64,000 bases of DNA, taken from positions 832,001 through 896,000 of the forward strand of contig CAVRVY010000004.1 in the NCBI GenBank assembly GCA_963724765.1. Reading direction: 5' to 3'. This DNA comes from an uncultured delta proteobacterium. Its GTDB lineage: Bacteria > Desulfobacterota > Binatia > Binatales > Binataceae. This document shows positions 41,723 to 51,379 of this stretch, in pieces. A program made the position numbers and the translations under genes. Below the pieces are notes generated by a model. That model did no database searches and was not told the origin of the DNA. It saw nothing but the letters and a program-made list of their open reading frames with translations. The stretch's first letter is position 1. Each line of letters opens with the position of its first letter.

Positions 41723-44700
41723 ACCTGGCCGAGGGCTTCATCCGCCGCCCGGTGATGACGACGCTGATTTCGCTGGCGATCGTTTTCTTCGGCTTGATGG
41801 CCTACCGGATGCTGCCGGTAAGCGACCTGCCCAACGTCGACTTTCCCACCCTCGTGGTCAGCGCCACCTTGCCTGGCGCCAGCCCCGAGACGATCGCCTC
41901 GTCGATCGCAACGCCGCTGGAACGGCAGTTCTCGACCATCGCCGGCCTGGACCAGATGACTTCGACCAGTATTCAGGGCCAGACCAGCATCACGCTCGAG
42001 TTCGCGCTCGACCGCAACATCGACGCCGCCGCGCAGGACGTGCAGGCGGCAATCGCGGGGGCCCAGTCGCAGCTCCCGTTGGGGATGCCGAGCCCGCCCT
42101 CTTACGAGAAGGTCAACCCGGCCGACAAGCCGGTGCTCTACCTCGGGCTGAGCTCACCGACCCTGCCGCTCTCGCAGGTCGACGAGTACGCCGAGACTTA
42201 CCTCGCCGAGCGCATCTCGATGATCAGCGGCGTCGCGCAGGTCGCGGTGTACGGCTCGCAGAAGTACGCAGTGCGTATCCAGGTGGATCCGCAGGCGCTG
42301 GCCTATCGCGGCATCGGTATCGACGAGGTCGCGCAGGCGATCGAGAACGCCAACGTCAACCTACCCACCGGCACGCTCTACGGTTCGCATGAGGCCTTCA
42401 CCGTTCAGGCCAACGGGCAGCTCACTAACGCCGCCGCCTACCGGCCGATAATCGTGGCTTACAAGAACGGGGCGCCCGTGCGGCTGGAAGAAGTGGGGCG
42501 AGTGCTGGACGGCGTCGAGAACGACAAGGTGGCGGGATGGGTCGGCGACCAGCGCGCGGTGGTGCTCGCAATCCAGCGCCAGCCGGGCACCAACACGGTC
42601 GAGGTAGTGAACGCGATCAACAGGATCCTGCCGTCGTTCCGCACCGAGTTGCCGGCCTCGGTCAGCATTACGAATCTGTACTCGCGCGCGGATTCGATCC
42701 AGGCCTCGGTCGCCGACGTGCAGTTCACGCTGCTGTTGACCGTGTTCCTGGTGGTGATGGTGATTTTCCTGTTCCTGCGCAATATCTCCGCCACGGTCAT
42801 CCCGAGCGCCGCGCTGCCGATGTCGATCATCGCCACCTTCGCGGTGATGTGGGCGCTCGGCTACACGATCGACAACCTTTCGCTGCTCGCGATCACACTT
42901 TCGGTCGGCTTCGTGGTCGACGACGCGATCGTGATGCTCGAAAACATCGTGCGCCACATGGAGATGGGCAAGAGCGTGATGGAGGCGGCGCTCGACGGCT
43001 CGCGCGAGATCGCGTTCACGATTCTTTCGATGACCTTCTCGTTGGCCGCGGTTTTCATCCCGGTCCTCTTCCTCGGCGGGATCATGGGCCGCCTGCTGCA
43101 CGAGTTCGCCGTCACCATCGCCGCCTCCATCCTGGTCTCGGGCTTCGTCTCGCTGAGCCTCACCCCGATGCTCTGCAGCCGCTTCCTGCGCCCGCCCGGG
43201 GCCGAGCGCCACGGCCGCCTCTACCTGGCAACCGAGCGCGGGTTCGACCGGATGCTCGAGGGCTATCGCCGCAGCCTGTCCGCCGTGATGAATCATCGGC
43301 GCGCGACGCTCGCGGTAGCGCTGGGATTGCTGCTGGCGACTTTCTACCTGATCGCGGTCATCCCCAAGGGCTTCCTGCCCAGCGAAGACCAGGACCAGGT
43401 GCTGATGTTCACCAAGGCGGCGCAGGGGATTTCGTACGACTCGATGGTCAGGCACCAGGAGGCGATCGCCGATATCATCCGGCGCGATCCCAACGTCACG
43501 ACTTATTTCTCCAGCGCCGGCGCAACCGGTTTCAGCGGCAGCGGCAACACCGGCATCCTGTTCGCGCGCCTGAAGCCGCGCAGCGAGCGCAAGCTGAACG
43601 TCGACCAGATAATGGCTGAGCTGCGGCCCAAGCTGGCCGCCGTGCCCGGCATCATAGCCTTTTTGCAGAACCCGCCGCCGATCCAGATCGGGGCCAAGTT
43701 CACCGAGGCCACCTACCAGCTCGCGCTGCAGAGCCCCAATAGCGACGAGCTATACAAGTACGCGCAGATCCTGGAGCACAAGATGCGCGGGATGCGCGAG
43801 CTGACCGACGTCACTAGCGACCTGCAAATCTCCAACCCGCAAGTCAACGTGGTGATCGACCGCGACAAGGCGCATTCGCTCGGCATCTCGGCCCAATCGA
43901 TCGAGGACGCACTCGACAGCGCCTACGGCCAGCGCCAGATCTCGACCATCTACGCGCCCAACAACGAATATCACGTGATCCTGGAAGTCGAGCCGCAGTA
44001 CCAGGCCAACCCGGCGACGCTCGCGCTGCTCTACGTGCGCGCGCAGAGCGGGCAACTGGTCCCGCTCGACACCGTCGCGCGCCTTCAACCCACGCTGGGG
44101 CCGCTCGAGATCAACCACTCTGGACAGCTCACCGCGGTCACCATCTCGTTCAACGTCGCGCCCGGGGTCTCGCTCGGCAAGGCGCTCGACGATGTGAAAC
44201 TGCTCTCCAACGACACCGTGCCGGCCAGCGTCAGCACCGCCTTCCAGGGCACCGCCGAGGAATTCCAGTCCTCGATGCGCAATCTCGGAATCCTGCTCGT
44301 GATGGCGATCCTGGTCATCTACATCGTGTTGGGCGTGCTCTACGAAAGCTTCATCCATCCGGTGACGATTCTCTCGGGATTGCCGGCGGCCGGCTTCGGC
44401 GCGCTGCTCACGCTGATGATCTTTCACATGGAGCTCGATCTGTTGGCCTTCGTCGGCATCATCATGCTGGTCGGCCTGGTCAAGAAAAACGCCATCATGA
44501 TGATCGACTTCGCGCTCGACGCCCAGCGCACCGAGGGCAAGAGCGCGGCCGAGGCGATCTTCGAGGGCAGCATCATTCGCTTCCGGCCGATCATGATGAC
44601 CACGATGGCGGCGCTGATGGGCACGCTGCCGATCGCGCTCGGGATGGGCGCGGGCGCCGACTCGCGCCGCCCGTTGGGCGTGGCGGTCGTGGGCGGGCTG

Positions 44701-44883
44701 TTCTTCTCGCAGCTCCTCACCTTGTACATCACGCCCGTCATTTACACGTATATGGAGTCCTTCCACGATTGGATAACCGGACGGCGCAGCCACCAGGCGG
44801 CTCCGGTTGAAGCGGGGCCTCATCTGCTGGGCGGCGGCAAGCGGGCCGAACGAGAACCTCCGCGCCGCCGCGCCGCGTCGTAG
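41719..44883 (+). CDS. RND efflux permease (MdtB/MdtC-like)
   Basis: FIRRPVMTTL, LPVSDLPNVDFPT, GFVVDDAIVMLENI, VKKNAIMMIDFA, RFRPIMMTT. Confidence 0.95.
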   Translation: MNLAEGFIRRPVMTTLISLAIVFFGLMAYRMLPVSDLPNVDFPTLVVSATLPGASPETIASSIATPLERQFSTIAGLDQMTSTSIQGQTSITLEFALDRNIDAAAQDVQAAIAGAQSQLPLGMPSPPSYEKVNPADKPVLYLGLSSPTLPLSQVDEYAETYLAERISMISGVAQVAVYGSQKYAVRIQVDPQALAYRGIGIDEVAQAIENANVNLPTGTLYGSHEAFTVQANGQLTNAAAYRPIIVAYKNGAPVRLEEVGRVLDGVENDKVAGWVGDQRAVVLAIQRQPGTNTVEVVNAINRILPSFRTELPASVSITNLYSRADSIQASVADVQFTLLLTVFLVVMVIFLFLRNISATVIPSAALPMSIIATFAVMWALGYTIDNLSLLAITLSVGFVVDDAIVMLENIVRHMEMGKSVMEAALDGSREIAFTILSMTFSLAAVFIPVLFLGGIMGRLLHEFAVTIAASILVSGFVSLSLTPMLCSRFLRPPGAERHGRLYLATERGFDRMLEGYRRSLSAVMNHRRATLAVALGLLLATFYLIAVIPKGFLPSEDQDQVLMFTKAAQGISYDSMVRHQEAIADIIRRDPNVTTYFSSAGATGFSGSGNTGILFARLKPRSERKLNVDQIMAELRPKLAAVPGIIAFLQNPPPIQIGAKFTEATYQLALQSPNSDELYKYAQILEHKMRGMRELTDVTSDLQISNPQVNVVIDRDKAHSLGISAQSIEDALDSAYGQRQISTIYAPNNEYHVILEVEPQYQANPATLALLYVRAQSGQLVPLDTVARLQPTLGPLEINHSGQLTAVTISFNVAPGVSLGKALDDVKLLSNDTVPASVSTAFQGTAEEFQSSMRNLGILLVMAILVIYIVLGVLYESFIHPVTILSGLPAAGFGALLTLMIFHMELDLLAFVGIIMLVGLVKKNAIMMIDFALDAQRTEGKSAAEAIFEGSIIRFRPIMMTTMAALMGTLPIALGMGAGADSRRPLGVAVVGGLFFSQLLTLYITPVIYTYMESFHDWITGRRSHQAAPVEAGPHLLGGGKRAEREPPRRRAAS

Positions 44884-44917
44884 CATCCGCCGGAGCGCCT
44901 GTGGCCTCTTTCCCCGG

Positions 44918-44958
44918 CGGCGCTCTTTATTTCCTGCGCGCAAGTGCGCGATAAATAA
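44918..44958 (+). repeat. direct repeat copy 1 (promoter-like)
   Basis: CGGCGCTCTTTATTTCCTGCGCGCAAGTGCGCGATAAATAA; near-identical to 47356-47395. Confidence 0.85.
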
Positions 44959-44997
44959 AGGTGGAGCGCAAACGACTTCCGTCAAACGGAGGACCCG

Positions 44998-45540
44998 ATG
45001 GCACGGCTCAGTTCGATCCCATTTGAAAAAGTCGATCCGGAGCTGCAGGCGGTCATGCGCGAGTATGACGTAGAACTCGGCGGTTCCGGATTTGTCCAGG
45101 TCCTGGCCCACGCACCGGAGGTCTTCAAAGACTTCATCAAATTTTACTTTCCTTTGGTCAGCACCACGCGTGGATCGGTCAACATGAAGTTGACGGAACT
45201 CGCCCGCCTCAAGGTTGCGGAAAAGAATGAGTGCGGCTTGTGAATGGGCGCCAGGTTTGCCTTGGCAAGGCAACAAGGACTGACCGAAGAACTGGTCGCT
45301 GAACTACCTCATTTTGAAAGCAGCCGAAAACTGACAGGCCAGGAAAAAGCGGCGATTCGCTTCGCCGAGATACTTGCGGGCGATCATCGGCAGGCCTCGC
45401 AGCAAACCTTCGATGTCTTGCGCGAGCATTTTACCGAAAGCGAGATCGTCGACCTCGGCTTCAGGATAGTGACCTTCGTCGGCTACGGCCGCTTGATTCA
45501 CGCCCTGGGTCTGGAGATCGGAAAGACCTGCCCGCTGTGA
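44998..45540 (+). CDS. AhpD/carboxymuconolactone decarboxylase family protein, probable selenoprotein (CxxU)
   Basis: Two abutting in-frame ORFs joined at GAG TGC GGC TTG TGA ATG = E-C-G-L-U-M; the fused 180-aa product has CMD features (ELARLKVAEKNEC, EKAAIRFAE, LREHFTESEIVDL). Confidence 0.82.
45255..45274 (+). promoter_or_regulatory. bacterial SECIS-like hairpin
   Basis: G-(T)-TTGCCTT-GGC-AAGGCAA-C: 7-bp perfect stem, G-first loop beginning 21 nt after the TGA. Confidence 0.65.
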
Positions 45541-45642
45541 GCAAACACAGCAAGCTTGATCCGAGTCCCGCGGCCTACAGCGCCTCCCGCGCTCCGCGCG
45601 GAAACTGTTTCGTCGGGAGGTTCAAAACAACCCGAGCGAAGA

Positions 45643-47082
45643 TTATCGATGAAGCTCCTCTAGTTTGCTGATATCGTACAAATTCAAGACCTCCTGTGCA
45701 GTCGGGACGGGAAATCCGACTCCATAACCGATGATGATCGTACCGCGGCTGTTCTGGAGGTCCATCACGGGTACGCCCGTGAAAGTCGTGGAATGGGCGC
45801 CCTGGTTCATCTCGGACCATTCGTTCGTATAGGTCTCGCTCCACTTCTTAGGATATTCCCAGATTTTCCACAATTTTCCGCCACGATCGAAGGCTACCTC
45901 GAACCAACTATCCCAGTTTTCCGAATCCCAGAAATTGAGCACGGCGCTATAGGGCGCGCGTGGGTCGATTGGCGTGCGTTCAATCACCGCGAATTTGCGC
46001 ATTGACCAACCCGGATCGTTCACGATGAGACCGTTCGTCCCGTAGCAGTGCAGGTAGAGCTTCTGCTGATCCATCAGCCCCAGAACCTCTTTCCAGCCGA
46101 GGAATTTCCACTTCCAGTCGAGCTCGCGGTCGGCGAACCCGTAAAAGTCGGCGATAGTATGATCGGTACCCATCATCGAATCAGACTTAACCTCGGCGGA
46201 AATGCGGCGCACGCGACGGAGCTGCGGAATATAGGCCCAGCCGTCGTCGGGACGATGAGGGTCGCTGTAGCGATAGACTATGAAAACCGTCCCACGAATA
46301 TCGAACGGCGCCTGAAACCCGGTAAACTCTTTGAACTCAAACAGTTTGGCGTCTGGCACTGGCAGTAGACCGCCATTCTTTTGCTCTTGTGCCAAGTGAC
46401 TGAAATAGACGCGGCGGTAATATGCTCCCAGGTTTCGCTGAAAGGAGCCTCCACCACCATATTCCTCGCTGATGTTAGGCGGAAAACGGGTTTTGATATT
46501 GAAGCCGGCAAGCCATTCCGAGGGCACTTCAGGAACTATCGACGGCTGCTCGCCGCTATGTTCGCCACCGAAACGAACCCAAGTCAGATTCCAGCTCACG
46601 CCGATGAGGCCAAAATTCTGCCAGCGATACTCGAAATTCCAGGCAGCCTTTAATCCTGAATCGGAATCTTCGGTACTCAGAGAGGCGTCGGAAAAGGGCT
46701 GTCCGCATACGTAGTTGGCCATGGTGCCATCTGGATTGAGCCTCACCTGGCTCTGATACTTCTCGGTGCACTCCATGTAGTCTTTACGCGGCTGGTGGCT
46801 TTGGACCCGTTGAACAGCCAGCTTGAACTCTGGAAAGTCAAGCTGCTCGATGAACCCCGGAATTATGAAGGGCCGCAGCTTGTCCGTGTCTTTCGAAGTC
46901 AGCACGTCGCCCGGCTTGAAAGCCGGTTTGGCATCTTGGTACTGATGCAGCCACTTGAGATAGGTGTCGAGAGTAAAAGTCTGAATGGCCTGCGCACTGG
47001 CGGGTGGTGCTTTAAGCGCAACGGTCAATAGCAAAAGGAGGAACCAAAACGATCGCACTCTTCGCAATTTCCTACTCTGCAT
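45643..47082 (-). CDS. DUF1329 family periplasmic protein (lipoprotein-sorting-like fold)
   Basis: Start re-called at MQSRKL (signal peptide ..ASA); G.PF, AAWNF, WAYIPQLRRVRRIS, FDRGGKLWK. Confidence 0.85.
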   Translation of the reverse strand: MQSRKLRRVRSFWFLLLLLTVALKAPPASAQAIQTFTLDTYLKWLHQYQDAKPAFKPGDVLTSKDTDKLRPFIIPGFIEQLDFPEFKLAVQRVQSHQPRKDYMECTEKYQSQVRLNPDGTMANYVCGQPFSDASLSTEDSDSGLKAAWNFEYRWQNFGLIGVSWNLTWVRFGGEHSGEQPSIVPEVPSEWLAGFNIKTRFPPNISEEYGGGGSFQRNLGAYYRRVYFSHLAQEQKNGGLLPVPDAKLFEFKEFTGFQAPFDIRGTVFIVYRYSDPHRPDDGWAYIPQLRRVRRISAEVKSDSMMGTDHTIADFYGFADRELDWKWKFLGWKEVLGLMDQQKLYLHCYGTNGLIVNDPGWSMRKFAVIERTPIDPRAPYSAVLNFWDSENWDSWFEVAFDRGGKLWKIWEYPKKWSETYTNEWSEMNQGAHSTTFTGVPVMDLQNSRGTIIIGYGVGFPVPTAQEVLNLYDISKLEELHR

Positions 47083-47355
47083 AGTCCCACTCCTTGTCGG
47101 CCAAAGGTGGACGTAACACGCTCGCTGGCGCGATGCTGTCGCATGGTAGGGAGGAAAGGAATTTCCTGGATCGGCACTTCGCGTAATCCTTCGAGAGGGG
47201 TTCCCTCCCCCGAATAGAGCACCGAGCACCTGTAACAGCCGCATATCACAGTCAACCTGAGCCGTCAAACCGCTTGCACGAGCCTTTTACCGAACCCGAG
47301 ATCGTCGGAGATCAGAAAGACCTGCCCGCTGTGAGATGACTCGGGGCATCTCCGA

Positions 47356-47395
47356 CGGCGCTCTTTTTTGCTGAGCGCAAGTGCGCGATAAATAA
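47356..47395 (+). repeat. direct repeat copy 2 (promoter-like)
   Basis: CGGCGCTCTTTTTTGCTGAGCGCAAGTGCGCGATAAATAA; 1 indel and 2 mismatches versus copy 1. Confidence 0.85.
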
Positions 47396-47430
47396 GCGCG
47401 GCTAAGAACTCGCGGCGGGAGGTCCTTGCC

Positions 47431-48876
47431 ATGGCGGTTCCGATATACCGGCTCTTCATAGACGGCCAAGCGGTCGATACCCCCGACCATTACGAATTGC
47501 GCTATCCGTTCAACGGCGAACTGGTCGGCATGGTCGCGCGAGCCGGCGAGCATGAGATCGACGCGGCGATCGCGGGCGCGGCGCGCGCCTATGAGGAGAC
47601 CCGCCGCTTGGGGCGGGCGCGGCGCGCCGAAATTCTGAGCGCGCTGAGCCGCGGCGTGGCCGAGCGGCGCAGCGACTTCGAACGCGCCATCACGCTCGGC
47701 ACCGGCAAACCGATCGACTACGCGCGCGCCGAGGTCGGCCGCACCGTGGGCGTCCTCGCGCTCGCTGCCGAGGAGATCAAGCGCTTCGGGCAGAGCGCCG
47801 AACCGATCGATTTCGAGGCCGCGCACTCGGGCTCGGTCGGAATCGTCGAACGCTTCCCCATCGGCCCCATCTCCGCGATCGCGCCGTTCAATTTTCCGCT
47901 CAACCTGGTCACGCACAAGGTCGCCCCTGCCATCGCCACCGGCAACACGATGGTCGTCAAGCCGCCGCCGCAATGTCCCGGGCCCGCCCTGATGCTGGCC
48001 GAGCTGGCCACCGACGCGGGGCTGCCCAAGGGCGCGCTCAACGTCATCTCCGCCGATCCGCCGGTCGCCGAACGCCTCGCCGTTGACGAACGGATCAAGA
48101 TGGTGAGCTTCACCGGCAGCGCGAAGGTCGGATGGGCGCTGCGGGCGATGGCCGGGAGCAAGCGCGTAGCGCTGGAACTCGGCGGCAACGGCGGCCTTAT
48201 CGTCGACGACGGCGCCGACCTCGAATACGCCGCGACGCGTACGGCGCGCGGCGCGTTCGTGCACGCCGGCCAGGTCTGCCTCTCGGTCCAGCGCATCTTC
48301 GTCCATCGCAATGTCTACTTCGCATTCCTGAAGCACCTGGTCGACGCGACCGAGCGGCTCGGCGTGGGCGATCCGATGGACGAGCGCACGGTGGTCGGGC
48401 CGCTGATTTCGAGCGCGGCGGCCGACCGCGTAACGGAATGGATCGGCGAGGCCAAGGCGGCCGGCGCCGGGATTCTCACCGGCGATCGGCGCACGGGCAA
48501 CGTGGTGGCGCCGACACTGGTCGAGCTTTCCGAACCGAAGCTCCATCGCCTGCGCGTATGGTGCGAGGAGATTTTCGGACCGGTCGCAACCGTCGAACCG
48601 ATCAACTCGTTCGCCGAAGGAGTCGCGGCGACCAACGATTCACCCTACGGCCTGCAGTCCGGCGTCTTCACCACCAATCTCGAACACGCCTTCATGGCGT
48701 TTCGCGAGATCGAGGCGGGCGCGGTGATCGTCGGCGACACCGGCGTGTTCCGCGTCGACACCTATCCGTTCGGCGGCGTGAAGGGCTCGGGGCTGGGGCG
48801 TGAGGGCGTGCGCTGGGCGATGGAATCGATGACCGAGCCGCGGATGCTGGTGCTGAGCCTGCGCGGCCACGCCTGA
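47431..48876 (+). CDS. aldehyde dehydrogenase
   Basis: PFNFPLNL, SFTGSAKVG, LELGGN, AGQVC, EEIFGP, PFGGVKGSGLGREG. Confidence 0.95.
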   Translation: MAVPIYRLFIDGQAVDTPDHYELRYPFNGELVGMVARAGEHEIDAAIAGAARAYEETRRLGRARRAEILSALSRGVAERRSDFERAITLGTGKPIDYARAEVGRTVGVLALAAEEIKRFGQSAEPIDFEAAHSGSVGIVERFPIGPISAIAPFNFPLNLVTHKVAPAIATGNTMVVKPPPQCPGPALMLAELATDAGLPKGALNVISADPPVAERLAVDERIKMVSFTGSAKVGWALRAMAGSKRVALELGGNGGLIVDDGADLEYAATRTARGAFVHAGQVCLSVQRIFVHRNVYFAFLKHLVDATERLGVGDPMDERTVVGPLISSAAADRVTEWIGEAKAAGAGILTGDRRTGNVVAPTLVELSEPKLHRLRVWCEEIFGPVATVEPINSFAEGVAATNDSPYGLQSGVFTTNLEHAFMAFREIEAGAVIVGDTGVFRVDTYPFGGVKGSGLGREGVRWAMESMTEPRMLVLSLRGHA

Positions 48877-48959
48877 AGCGTCGGCGCGGCGGCGGCATCC
48901 ATTTTGCGCCGGCGGTTGAATCTGTGCGAAGATTTCTCCGCATCGGCTAGCGAGGAATC

Positions 48960-50153
48960 ATGGATTTCAAGTTCAGCGCAGAGGACGAGGCTTTCCGCGT
49001 GGAGCTGAGGAGTTGGCTCGAGGCCAACCTGCCCCGCCGCGAACGTAGCGAGGACGTCGAAGATTCTTTCTCCGAAGGGAACGCGAGCCACTGGCAGCGG
49101 CGTCTGGCGTGGCACAAGAAGATGCACAGCGGCGGATGGGTCGGCATCAGCTGGCCCAAAGAATACGGCGGCCGCGGCGCCACGCTCACCCAGCAGCTGG
49201 TCTACGGCGAGGAGATGAGCCGCGCGCACGCGCCCGCACTGGTCAACCAGCTCGGGACGATGCTGGTCGGGCCGACTCTCATCCAGTGGGGCACCGAGGA
49301 ACAGAAAAAGCGCTACGTGCCGAAAATTCTCTCGGCCGACGAGATCTGGTGCCAGGGTTACTCCGAACCCAACTCCGGGTCCGACGTCGCTTCGCTGCAG
49401 ACCCGCGCGGTCGAGGACGGCGACTACTTCGTCGTCAATGGCCAGAAAGTCTGGACCTCCGACGCGCATCACGCCGACATGTGCATCCTGCTCGTGCGCA
49501 CCGATCCCGACGCGCCCAAGCACAAGGGCATCAGCTATGTCCTGGTCGACATGCACAGCCCCGGCATCACGGTGCGCCCGCTGACCCAAATAACCGGCGA
49601 GCGCGGCTTCAACGAGGTCTTCTTCGAGGACGTGCGAGTACCGAAGAAAAATATCGTGGGCGAGAAGAACCACGGATGGCAGGTCGCGATCACCACGCTG
49701 ATGTTCGAGCGCACCGGCGTCGGCGATCCCAACATGAACACCAACCAGGTACTGGAGCTCGCGCGTCTCGCGCAATCAATCCCGCGCAGCGGCGCGAGTG
49801 CATGGGACGACACCAGCGTGCGTCAGCGGATCGCGCAGTTCGCGGCCGAGGCCGCCGCGCTCAAGTACACCGGCTATCGCCAGATCACGCGCCGGCTCAA
49901 AGGATGGCCGCCGGGGCCTGAAGGCTCGGTGATGAAGCTCGGCTCCAGCGAGCTTCATCTCCGGATGGCCAAGTTCGCGATGGAACTGCTGGGGCCGTAC
50001 AGCCAGTTCGAGCACAAGGCGCCGTTTGCGCTCGGCCGCGGCGTATGGAGCTACCGGATGCTCGGGGCGCGCGCCTACACGATCGCGGGCGGTACGAGCG
50101 AGATTCAACACAACATCATCGGCGAGCGCGTGCTCGGCCTGCCCAAGGGCTGA
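48960..50153 (+). CDS. acyl-CoA dehydrogenase
   Basis: WCQGYSEPNSGSD, FNEVFFEDV, IAGGTSEIQ. Confidence 0.93.
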   Translation: MDFKFSAEDEAFRVELRSWLEANLPRRERSEDVEDSFSEGNASHWQRRLAWHKKMHSGGWVGISWPKEYGGRGATLTQQLVYGEEMSRAHAPALVNQLGTMLVGPTLIQWGTEEQKKRYVPKILSADEIWCQGYSEPNSGSDVASLQTRAVEDGDYFVVNGQKVWTSDAHHADMCILLVRTDPDAPKHKGISYVLVDMHSPGITVRPLTQITGERGFNEVFFEDVRVPKKNIVGEKNHGWQVAITTLMFERTGVGDPNMNTNQVLELARLAQSIPRSGASAWDDTSVRQRIAQFAAEAAALKYTGYRQITRRLKGWPPGPEGSVMKLGSSELHLRMAKFAMELLGPYSQFEHKAPFALGRGVWSYRMLGARAYTIAGGTSEIQHNIIGERVLGLPKG

Positions 50154-50185
50154 GCGCGAAACCGCTCGCGAGAAACGGGAGCGCA

Positions 50186-51370
50186 ATGGATTTCAAGCTG
50201 AGCGCGGAGGACGAGGCGTTTCGTCAGGAACTCCGGTCGTGGCTCGACGCGAATCTGCCCGAGAGCGAGCGGCGCAATCGCTTCTCGCTGGAATTCATGC
50301 ACAGCGAAGCGGGCGAGGAGTGGACGCGGCGGGTGGCGTGGCACAACAAGATGCACGCTGCGGGATGGATCGCGGTGCATTGGCCCAAAGAGTGCGGCGG
50401 GCGCGGCGCGACGCTGACGCAACAGATGATCTACCAGGAGGAACTCGAACACGCGCGCGGGCCGGTGCTGGTCAATGGCCAGGGTATCGGATTAGTCGGG
50501 CCGACGCTGATGCTCTGGGGCACCGAGGAGCAGCGCCGGCGCTACATGCCGCCGATGCTCGCGGCGGAGGAGATCTGGTGCCAGGGCTATTCGGAACCCG
50601 GCTCGGGATCCGACCTCGCTTCGCTGCAGACGTGCGCGGCCGAGGACGGCGACTACTTCGTCATCAACGGGCAGAAGGTCTGGACCTCCGACGCGCATCA
50701 CTCCGACATGTGCTTTCTGCTGGTGCGCACCGACCCCGACGCGCCCAAGCACAAGGGCATCAGCTACGTCCTGGTCGACATGCACAGCCCCGGCATCACG
50801 GTGCGCCCGCTAACCCAGATGACTCGCGACACCGGTTTCAACGAAGTCTTCTTCGAGGACGTGCGGGTGCCGAAGAAGAACGTGGTCGGCGAAAAGAACA
50901 ACGGATGGCTGGTCGCGCTGACCTCGCTGATGTACGAGCGGCGCTATCGCGGACTGGATAACAATATCGGCGAGCTGGTCGATCTGGCCAAGACGGTGCG
51001 GCGCAATGGCCGCGTCGCGTGGGAAGACGACGACGTTCGCCAGCAGATTGCGCAATTCGCCTGCGAGGTCAGCGCGCTTCGGTTGCTCAACCTGCGCCAG
51101 CTCACACGCCAGCTCAAGGGATTGCCGCCGGGGCCGGAAAGCTCGATCGTCAAGGTCGTGACCACCGAGATAAATCTAGGAATCAACAAGTTCGCCACCG
51201 AACTGCTCGGCGCTTATAGCCAGATCGAACTCGACGCGCCGTTCGCGATCGCCGAGGGGCGATGGCTCTACCGGATGCTGGCGTCGCGCGGGCTGACGAT
51301 CGCGGCCGGACCGAGCGAGATTCAGCGCAACATCATCGGCGAGCGCGTGTTGGGATTGCCCAAGGGCTAG
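50186..51370 (+). CDS. acyl-CoA dehydrogenase (tandem paralog)
   Basis: Start re-called at MDFKLS; same motifs as the upstream paralog. Confidence 0.93.
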   Translation: MDFKLSAEDEAFRQELRSWLDANLPESERRNRFSLEFMHSEAGEEWTRRVAWHNKMHAAGWIAVHWPKECGGRGATLTQQMIYQEELEHARGPVLVNGQGIGLVGPTLMLWGTEEQRRRYMPPMLAAEEIWCQGYSEPGSGSDLASLQTCAAEDGDYFVINGQKVWTSDAHHSDMCFLLVRTDPDAPKHKGISYVLVDMHSPGITVRPLTQMTRDTGFNEVFFEDVRVPKKNVVGEKNNGWLVALTSLMYERRYRGLDNNIGELVDLAKTVRRNGRVAWEDDDVRQQIAQFACEVSALRLLNLRQLTRQLKGLPPGPESSIVKVVTTEINLGINKFATELLGAYSQIELDAPFAIAEGRWLYRMLASRGLTIAAGPSEIQRNIIGERVLGLPKG

Positions 51371-51379
51371 AGATTTTTC

